Shown here piece by piece: positions 57,875 through 64,000 of a stretch of DNA of 64,000 nucleotides. Each line of letters opens with the position of its first letter. The first letter of the stretch is position 1. The position numbers and the translations under genes are program-made. Origin of the DNA: Clostridia bacterium. Lineage in GTDB: Bacteria > Bacillota > Clostridia > Oscillospirales > Acutalibacteraceae. Location: positions 14,857 to 78,856 of the forward strand of contig JAFXFI010000004.1 of the NCBI GenBank assembly GCA_017520635.1. Reading direction: 5' to 3'. The notes beneath the pieces are model-generated. The model had not been told where the DNA came from. It worked only from the letters and a program-made list of their open reading frames with translations, and did no database searches.

Positions 57875-60280
57875 ATGAACTACGATTTTAAAGCCGCTGA
57901 AAAGAAGTGGCAGGACAAGTGGGAAGAAACAGGAGTTTTCAATGCTGAAGATAATTCAGAAAAGAAAAAGTTCTACGCTCTTGTAGAATTCCCTTACCCC
58001 AGTGGTGCAGGAATGCATGTAGGACACATCAAAGCATATTCAGGTCTTGAAGTTGTGTCAAGAAAACGCAGAAAAGAAGGCTACAATGTTCTTTTCCCTA
58101 TCGGATTTGACGCATACGGTCTTCCTACTGAAAACTATGCTATCAAAACAGGTATTCATCCAAGACAGGTTACTGATGATAACATTGCAAAATTCACTTC
58201 ACAGCTCAAACGTGTAGGCTTCTCTTTTGACTGGAACAGAGTTATTGATACTACAGAGGAAGGCTACTATAAATGGACACAGTGGATTTTCCTTAAAATG
58301 TTTGAAAATGGTCTTGCTTTCAGAGACAAAACTCTCGTAAACTACTGTCCCTCATGTAAGGTTGTTCTTTCAAACGAAGATTCGCAGGGCGGTAAATGTG
58401 ACATCTGCCACAACGATATCGTTCAGAAATCAAAGGACGTATGGTACTTAAGAATTACTGAATATGCAGATAAGCTCCTTGAAGGTCTTGAGGAAGTTGA
58501 TTATCTTCCCAATGTCAAGCTTCAACAGGAAAACTGGATCGGTAAATCAACAGGTGCTTTTGTTAACTTCAAAGTGAAAAACACAGAAGAAACTCTCAGA
58601 ATTTACACAACACGTCCCGACACACTTTTCGGTGTAACATTCATGGTTATGGCACCTGAACATCCTATGCTTGACCAGTATAAAGATAGGATTTCTAACT
58701 TTAGTGAAGTTGAAAACTACAGAACAGAATGTGCAAAGAAAACTGAATTCGAAAGAACTCAGCTTGTAAAGGATAAAACAGGTGTACGTCTCGACGGTTT
58801 TGTCGGTATTAATCCTGTAAACGGAAAAGAAATTCCCATTTTCATTTCTGACTATGTTATGATGGGTTACGGTACAGGCGCAATTATGGCTGTTCCTGCA
58901 CATGACCAGAGAGACTATGATTTTGCAAAGAAATTCGGCATTGACATTATTGAAGTTATCAAAGGCGGAGATATTGAAAAAGAAGCTTACACAGGTGACG
59001 GCGAAATGGTGAACTCAGATTACCTTAATGGTTACACAGATAAGAAATCATCAATCGCACGTGTACTTGAAGAGCTTGAAAAGCAGGGAATCGGTGAAAA
59101 AGGTGTTCAGTATAAAATGAAAGACTGGGCATTCAACCGTCAGCGTTATTGGGGTGAACCTATTCCTATCGTTCATTGTCCTAAGTGCGGAATGGTACCC
59201 GTTCCCTACGAAGAGCTTCCTCTTCTTCTTCCCAAGGTTGAAAACTTTGAACCCGGTTCAGACGGCGAAAGCCCCCTTGCAAAAATCGACTCTTTCGTAA
59301 ACTGCACTTGTCCTAAGTGCGGTGGCAAAGCAAAGAGAGAAACAGACACAATGCCTCAGTGGGCAGGTTCATCATGGTATTTCCTCAGATACATAGACCC
59401 CAAAAATACAGAGTGCTTTGCAGATATGGAAAAGCTTAAATACTGGGGACAGGTTGACTGGTACAACGGCGGTATGGAACACGTAACACGTCATCTTATC
59501 TATTCAAGATTCTGGCATAAATTCCTCTATGATATTGGTGCAGTTCCTACATCAGAACCCTATGCAAAGAGAACTGCTCAGGGACTTATCCTGGGACCTG
59601 ACGGAGTTAAGATGTCAAAATCAAGAGGCAATGTTATTGACCCCAACGATGTTGTTGACTCGTTCGGTGCAGACGTTCTCAGAACCTACGTTCTCTTCAT
59701 GGGTGACTATGAAAAAGCAGCACCCTGGTCAGAGGACAGCGTAAGAGGCTGTAAGAGATTTATCGACAGAGTATGGAATCTCCAGACAATTCTTGCTGAC
59801 GGAGACGAATATTCAGAAAAACTTGAGGTTGCTTTCAATAAAACAATCAAGAAGGTTTCAAGTGACATTGAAGCTCTTAAATATAACACAGCAATCGCAG
59901 CACTCATGACACTTCTCAATGATATTTATGATGCAGGTTCAGTTACAAAAAAAGAACTTTCAACATTCATTTCTCTTCTCAATCCATTTGCACCTCATAT
60001 CACAGAGGAACTCAACGAAGTTCTCGGCAACAAAGAACTTCTTGCAGTAAGTGAATGGCCCTCATACGACGAGGCAAAATGTGTTGATGCAACAATCGAA
60101 ATCGTTGTTCAGATTAACGGCAAGGTAAGAACAAAGATGAACATTCCTGCTGAAATCTCAAATGAAGATGCAATCGCACTTGCAAAAGAAGACGAGAGAA
60201 TCAAAGAAGCAATTGACGGAAAAACAATCGTAAAAGAACTTTACGTCAAAGGCAGACTTGTAAATATTGTTGTAAAATAA
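57875..60280 (+). CDS. leuS: Leucine--tRNA ligase
   Basis: 801 aa with a HIGH-type motif (HVGH) and KMSKS. Confidence 0.95.
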   Translation: MNYDFKAAEKKWQDKWEETGVFNAEDNSEKKKFYALVEFPYPSGAGMHVGHIKAYSGLEVVSRKRRKEGYNVLFPIGFDAYGLPTENYAIKTGIHPRQVTDDNIAKFTSQLKRVGFSFDWNRVIDTTEEGYYKWTQWIFLKMFENGLAFRDKTLVNYCPSCKVVLSNEDSQGGKCDICHNDIVQKSKDVWYLRITEYADKLLEGLEEVDYLPNVKLQQENWIGKSTGAFVNFKVKNTEETLRIYTTRPDTLFGVTFMVMAPEHPMLDQYKDRISNFSEVENYRTECAKKTEFERTQLVKDKTGVRLDGFVGINPVNGKEIPIFISDYVMMGYGTGAIMAVPAHDQRDYDFAKKFGIDIIEVIKGGDIEKEAYTGDGEMVNSDYLNGYTDKKSSIARVLEELEKQGIGEKGVQYKMKDWAFNRQRYWGEPIPIVHCPKCGMVPVPYEELPLLLPKVENFEPGSDGESPLAKIDSFVNCTCPKCGGKAKRETDTMPQWAGSSWYFLRYIDPKNTECFADMEKLKYWGQVDWYNGGMEHVTRHLIYSRFWHKFLYDIGAVPTSEPYAKRTAQGLILGPDGVKMSKSRGNVIDPNDVVDSFGADVLRTYVLFMGDYEKAAPWSEDSVRGCKRFIDRVWNLQTILADGDEYSEKLEVAFNKTIKKVSSDIEALKYNTAIAALMTLLNDIYDAGSVTKKELSTFISLLNPFAPHITEELNEVLGNKELLAVSEWPSYDEAKCVDATIEIVVQINGKVRTKMNIPAEISNEDAIALAKEDERIKEAIDGKTIVKELYVKGRLVNIVVK

Positions 60281-60290
60281 GTTAAATGAG

Positions 60291-60326
60291 AAAAACCTCT
60301 TTTGCAAGCGCAAAAGAGGTTTTTTG
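60291..60326. terminator. Bidirectional intrinsic terminator after leuS
   Basis: The stem cctcttttgc/gcaaaagagg is flanked by an A-run and a T-run. Confidence 0.8.
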
Positions 60327-60337
60327 TCGTATAAAGT

Positions 60338-60874
60338 TTATTTTTCCGTATAACTTATTCTTCTCAGCTCTGCATCAACAACCAGCATATCTTCATAGTT
60401 TGATGCAATTCTGTCTCTGAAGACAAGCTTTGTTGCCCAGGGATGATTTCTGATAAAAACTGTAAGTGTATGTATGCCGTTATCAGATGATGAAATCATC
60501 GTGTCTTCGAGCTGTGAGAATGAAAACAAATCGCAGTTTTCATTTACATATCTCGGAACATCACCATAGCTTTCTCTTGCACCGCCGAGAGTTATGCAGA
60601 AAAGTTTTCTCTCGGTGTCAACAAAAAGCGTAGGTCTGAATCCGAAATATGAGTCCGGATTAAATTCGTTTTTTAGCTTTTCAATATTATTTTTTCTTTC
60701 GTTAATATGCTTTATGGCATCGCTGAGACTGTATTTTACCGTATCGTGCCAGTTTGAACTCAGTTCACCTGAGCAGTCACTACATAATTCACCGTCGGTA
60801 AAACGCTTTCCTTTATTGAAAGCACCAATTTTTTTATCACAAAAAGCACATCTTTTCTTTTTAAATAAACCCAT
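60338..60874 (-). CDS. Hypothetical protein with an N-terminal zinc-ribbon (CxxC...CxxC), possibly DUF4428-like
   Basis: The N-terminus is KRCAFCDKKIG...GELCSDCSGEL. The rest is unrecognised. Confidence 0.35.
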   Translation of the reverse strand: MGLFKKKRCAFCDKKIGAFNKGKRFTDGELCSDCSGELSSNWHDTVKYSLSDAIKHINERKNNIEKLKNEFNPDSYFGFRPTLFVDTERKLFCITLGGARESYGDVPRYVNENCDLFSFSQLEDTMISSSDNGIHTLTVFIRNHPWATKLVFRDRIASNYEDMLVVDAELRRISYTEK

Positions 60875-60910
60875 CTTATTTCTCCGTATTTTTCCATACT
60901 ATATATAGCA

Positions 60911-60940
60911 AAAACCTGCCGTTTATTTACGGCAGGTTTA
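60911..60940 (-). terminator. Intrinsic terminator downstream of the 60952-61785 gene
   Basis: The stem aaacctgccg/cggcaggttt. Confidence 0.65.
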
Positions 60941-60951
60941 ACGGTTAGTTT

Positions 60952-61785
60952 TTATTTTGCTTCGCAATAGCTGAGTCTTACGTCAGACATTTTTGCTTCG
61001 CCGTCTTCTGTTACATAGTCTTCGTTAGCAACGAAATCACAGAAACCTGTTTCAACACCTGCATAGTAGTTACCCATTTCTGAGAACTGACCGAGAGTGA
61101 TGTTTTCGATAAGTGTGATGTAATAAACATGCCAGTTTGTAACAATTGTGCCGTAATCTTCAATCTTAGCACCGTCAATAACTTTAGCCTTGGGAGCAAC
61201 TTCCTTCACACCTTCAGCAAAAGCAGCTGCATATTCATCGTTTTCTTCTGTAAGAGGAATGTTTGTGTTACCGAGTTTTGCTGCAGCGGCAACACCTGCA
61301 AGCTTGTAGACTTGAGTGTAGTCAGGATAGAAGCAGTGGAAGTTTGCAGTGTTTTCAAATTCCTTAGTGCTGTCAAGGCAAACAAAGATGATTTCCTTGT
61401 AGTCAGCGTTATTAGCGAATTCATAAGCAAACTTTGTGAAAGCTTCATCTGTTGAAAGAACAACGTTACAACCGCTTTCTTTAACACATGAAATAATCTG
61501 ATCTCTGATCTTCTGTTCGTTATCAACGGGAACTTTGTTTTTGATAATAGTACCTGCAATGCCGTATGTACCCCACATTGTGTCGATAGCCTGATGCTGA
61601 ATAAATGATTCTGAGTCTTCTCTTTCATAATCGTCAGCGTAGAGAATACCGATACGGATGTCGCCTGCTTCAACACCTGAAAGTGCAGGAGTGAGAGGAG
61701 CATCTTCAATAAGGTCGCATGAAGAAAGTGAAAGAACGATAAGTGCTGCCATTAAGATTGCGATAAGTTTTTTGAATTTTTTCAT
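60952..61785 (-). CDS. Lipoprotein, possibly a BMP/PnrA-like periplasmic-binding-fold protein
   Basis: ATG at 61785 follows GGAGGT. The lipobox is LSLSSCD. The alternating pattern IRIGILY...CNVVLSTDEAF...IIFVCLD suggests a PBP type I fold. The family assignment is weak. Confidence 0.35.
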   Translation of the reverse strand: MKKFKKLIAILMAALIVLSLSSCDLIEDAPLTPALSGVEAGDIRIGILYADDYEREDSESFIQHQAIDTMWGTYGIAGTIIKNKVPVDNEQKIRDQIISCVKESGCNVVLSTDEAFTKFAYEFANNADYKEIIFVCLDSTKEFENTANFHCFYPDYTQVYKLAGVAAAAKLGNTNIPLTEENDEYAAAFAEGVKEVAPKAKVIDGAKIEDYGTIVTNWHVYYITLIENITLGQFSEMGNYYAGVETGFCDFVANEDYVTEDGEAKMSDVRLSYCEAK

Positions 61786-61989
61786 AAGAGATTTACCTCC
61801 GTTACTTGGGCAATATCTGTTAAACGCCCACATAATAATAATAGTATATATTAATTTGCCGAATATTGCAATAGTATTTGCAAAAATTATTTATAAGCAC
61901 AAAACGACATTTTTTGTTTATTTTCATATAAAGCGCATTAATATTTCGCGGAAATTAATAAATTTTAATATAATTTTTGCGAAAAACTA

Positions 61990-62018
61990 TTTACATCTCG
62001 TAAGGTTTGTGGTAAAAT
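61990..62018 (+). promoter_or_regulatory. Candidate sigma-A promoter of the second cohesin/dockerin cassette
   Basis: TTTACA, a 17 nt spacer, then TAAAAT with a TGn extended -10. Confidence 0.5.
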
Positions 62019-62080
62019 CCCTATTGTAGAATAAGATAAGAGTGTAATTATCTGCATTTTAGGAGAAAGGTCTGCGTAGA

Positions 62081-63151
62081 ATGAAAAAGTCCAAAAAGCC
62101 ACTTGCTCTTCTCCTTTCTGTGGTGATGCTCCTCGGCGTGTTCGTTGTTACAACATCTGCGGAGGACGCAGTTGTTAAGGGAGAAACAGCAGACGGAGTT
62201 TCAAATGTAACAATAATAACCAGTGCTGACACAGTAAAAGCAGGTGATGTAATCACAGTGGCAGTTAATGTCGCTACAGATTATAATTCAACCAATATGC
62301 GTTGGCCGGTTCTTTTTTCGAGTTCCTTTTTTGAGTTTGTAGAAGGTTCCGAAGCTTTTACAGAAGATTTGCTGAAACTTAATGGCCGTACAACTGCGGT
62401 TACAGATTCAATTGACAGCAAGAACTTTACTGCTGAATATACACCTGAAAATTACAGATGTGTGCTGATTCAATGGTCAGGCATTACTCCCTATAATAAT
62501 CCCGAGGGAGCAGATATCTTTACTTTTGAACTTAAAGTAAGAGATGAAGTTGTAATGGGTATGTCGGGTGACATCGTGATAGGTAATGAGGAAAGCTTTT
62601 ATACTCAGATGATCAAACCGGGTGTTGAAGAACCCTCTTTCAGCGATCTTGTTCAGGGAAATATTACATTTAACTGTACAAATGCCCATGTTGCTTTCCC
62701 GGTTCCCGGACTTGCACCTGTTGAAGGTACAAGCACTGTTGTTGATAAGGAAAACAATCTCATCAGGGGTATCGGCTTCAATGTTGTCGATGATATTGAT
62801 GACTATGCGTATTCAGTAGGTTGTGATGAGGTAATAATAGAACCTTCCAAGGATAACATAATGGGCACGGGCACAACTGTTACCCTTATATATGAAGGTG
62901 AAGTTTACGATACATATACAATTATTATTGCAGGTGATGTGAACGGTGACGGAATCGTCGATGCGATAGACTATCTTCTTCTTGATCTCATGGAAGCGTC
63001 TGAAGTGATGCTTTCGGGTGCTGAAAAACTTGCAGCTGACCTTGACGGTGACAGTGAGGTTACTTCGAGTGATAAAATTGCTCTCGACTCAAATCTGATT
63101 TTTGAAGGCGAAATAGACCAGGCAACAGGAAAATATGTTGCAAATAACTAA
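62081..63151 (+). CDS. Secreted cohesin-like domain, X module and C-terminal dockerin
   Basis: It has a signal peptide. The cohesin-like segment is GDVITVAVNVATDYNSTNMRWPVLFSSSFFEFVEG. The X module ends in YTIIIAGD. The dockerin repeats are GDVNGDGIVDAIDY and ADLDGDSEVTSSD. The architecture is the same as the 20221 gene. Confidence 0.65.
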   Translation: MKKSKKPLALLLSVVMLLGVFVVTTSAEDAVVKGETADGVSNVTIITSADTVKAGDVITVAVNVATDYNSTNMRWPVLFSSSFFEFVEGSEAFTEDLLKLNGRTTAVTDSIDSKNFTAEYTPENYRCVLIQWSGITPYNNPEGADIFTFELKVRDEVVMGMSGDIVIGNEESFYTQMIKPGVEEPSFSDLVQGNITFNCTNAHVAFPVPGLAPVEGTSTVVDKENNLIRGIGFNVVDDIDDYAYSVGCDEVIIEPSKDNIMGTGTTVTLIYEGEVYDTYTIIIAGDVNGDGIVDAIDYLLLDLMEASEVMLSGAEKLAADLDGDSEVTSSDKIALDSNLIFEGEIDQATGKYVANN

Positions 63152-63229
63152 GTGGTGTTTTTCTCGGAAGAGAATTGAATATAAAGTATTATATCAAATA
63201 CCAAATTTACCATTAGGAGGTAAAAAACA

Positions 63230-64000
63230 ATGGCAAAAAAAGTTCTCAGCATTGCACTTGCGTTGCTCATGATTTTCAACGTATTTGCAGTAGCAGTATC
63301 TGCAGCAAGCGATCAGGCAACTGTTACTCTTGCAGTAGATGACAAAAACCCCCAGCCCGGAGATACAGTTAACGTTACAGTATCTCTCGCAACAACTTAT
63401 AAAGTGTTTGCTCTTCAGATGATGGTGGCATACGACAGCACTTATTATGAAGTTGTAGGCGATGCAACAGGTCTTCTTTCCGGTAACGGAGCTAAATTCA
63501 CAAGCGTTGTTGATTCAGCATCACTTGTTAATGCAGCAGAAGGCGTAAACGGTTACGATGCAAAATTCGATCTTCTCAGAATCGGATATACTTGGTTGCC
63601 CAGTGAAGGCGCAACAGATGCTGTAGCATTCGATAATGAAACAGCTATTGCATCCTTCAAGCTCAAGGTTAAAGCTGATGCTCCTACAGACGGCAAAGGC
63701 GTAATCAAAGTTGATCCTGCTTTTATTCCCGCAGGTGCAACTCCCTCATTCGATTCAAGAATTGCTACATACGTAGGTAAAGGTACAACTACTATTGCTG
63801 ATTCAGTAGTAAACGGTAAGCTTTACGGCAATCCTATCAATGTTGACGACGCTATCTTTGCAGGTTGCGTTGATCACGAAGCAGGCGAACCTGTTCAGGA
63901 AAACGTTGTTCCCGCACAGCCCGGTAAAGACGGTTCTTACGATGAAGTAATTTACTGTAAACACTGTGGTTTTGAAATGAGCCGTGAGCAGAAAATAATT
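63230..64000 (+). CDS. Secreted cohesin-like protein, 3' end beyond the window (partial)
   Basis: This ORF is not in the track because it has no stop in the window. ATG at 63230 lies 9 nt after AGGAGG. My manual translation gives MAKKVLSIALALLMIFNVFAVAVSAASDQATVTLAVDDKNPQPGDTVNVTVSLATTYKVFALQMMVAYDSTYYEVVG... The frame is open to 64000. Confidence 0.6.
   Translation, partial: MAKKVLSIALALLMIFNVFAVAVSAASDQATVTLAVDDKNPQPGDTVNVTVSLATTYKVFALQMMVAYDSTYYEVVGDATGLLSGNGAKFTSVVDSASLVNAAEGVNGYDAKFDLLRIGYTWLPSEGATDAVAFDNETAIASFKLKVKADAPTDGKGVIKVDPAFIPAGATPSFDSRIATYVGKGTTTIADSVVNGKLYGNPINVDDAIFAGCVDHEAGEPVQENVVPAQPGKDGSYDEVIYCKHCGFEMSREQKII

Noticed and set aside
1-64000. Search for a prophage, an integrative element, a toxin-antitoxin system or a known defence system.
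   Set aside because: I saw no integrase, transposase, recombinase, phage structural gene, restriction-modification motif or paired small toxin/antitoxin ORFs. The XRE-type regulator at 4325-5638 is a large membrane protein lying convergent with the GNAT gene, so the two do not form a TA-like pair.

Overview
The window is a 64 kb chromosomal segment from a low-GC Firmicute. The cohesin/dockerin genes, an Rnf complex, PFOR and a SpoIID-like gene suggest a Ruminococcus-like Clostridia member; this taxonomic call is inference only. About 60 protein genes are packed densely. I saw no rRNA, tRNA, CRISPR array, integrase or transposase by eye.

Recognisable housekeeping blocks:
- cca, nifJ (PFOR), glyQS, a PBP5-type carboxypeptidase
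- a ten-gene apbE / NusG-II / Gx-transporter / rnfCDGEAB / HAD operon
- glpK, an Ldh_2-family dehydrogenase and a malic enzyme
- hemW, glnA, mreBCD-mrdA-ftsY
- rdgB-yhbY-nadD-yqeK-rsfS-leuS

Carbohydrate genes are a 5'-complete, 3'-truncated GH51 arabinofuranosidase at the left edge and an intracellular GH27 alpha-galactosidase.

Things worth a second look:
1. A roughly 160 nt five-hairpin repeat is present twice in inverted orientation (3560-3717 and 14238-14397). Compensatory substitutions preserve its stems, and the two copies bracket about 10.5 kb.
2. A second repeat family has a conserved 27-28 nt core held in the loop of 11-12 bp stems whose sequences differ between copies (4249-4299, 33827-33878, 33888-33939).
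3. An operon encodes a fused polysaccharide pyruvyl-transferase / FrhB-like Fe-S protein, a GPH-family symporter and a small HExxH membrane protein.
4. Two tandem cassettes encode cohesin-like proteins (20221-22378 and 62081-64000). Each pairs a cohesin-X-dockerin adaptor with a second cohesin-like protein. Elsewhere, a SpoIID-like enzyme carries an N-terminal dockerin.
5. Two lipoprotein paralogs share a 255 nt near-identical acidic N-terminal segment, and a promoter/leader module is duplicated in front of the second lipoprotein gene and the dockerin-SpoIID gene.

All functional calls rest on motif recognition by eye. No database search was possible.
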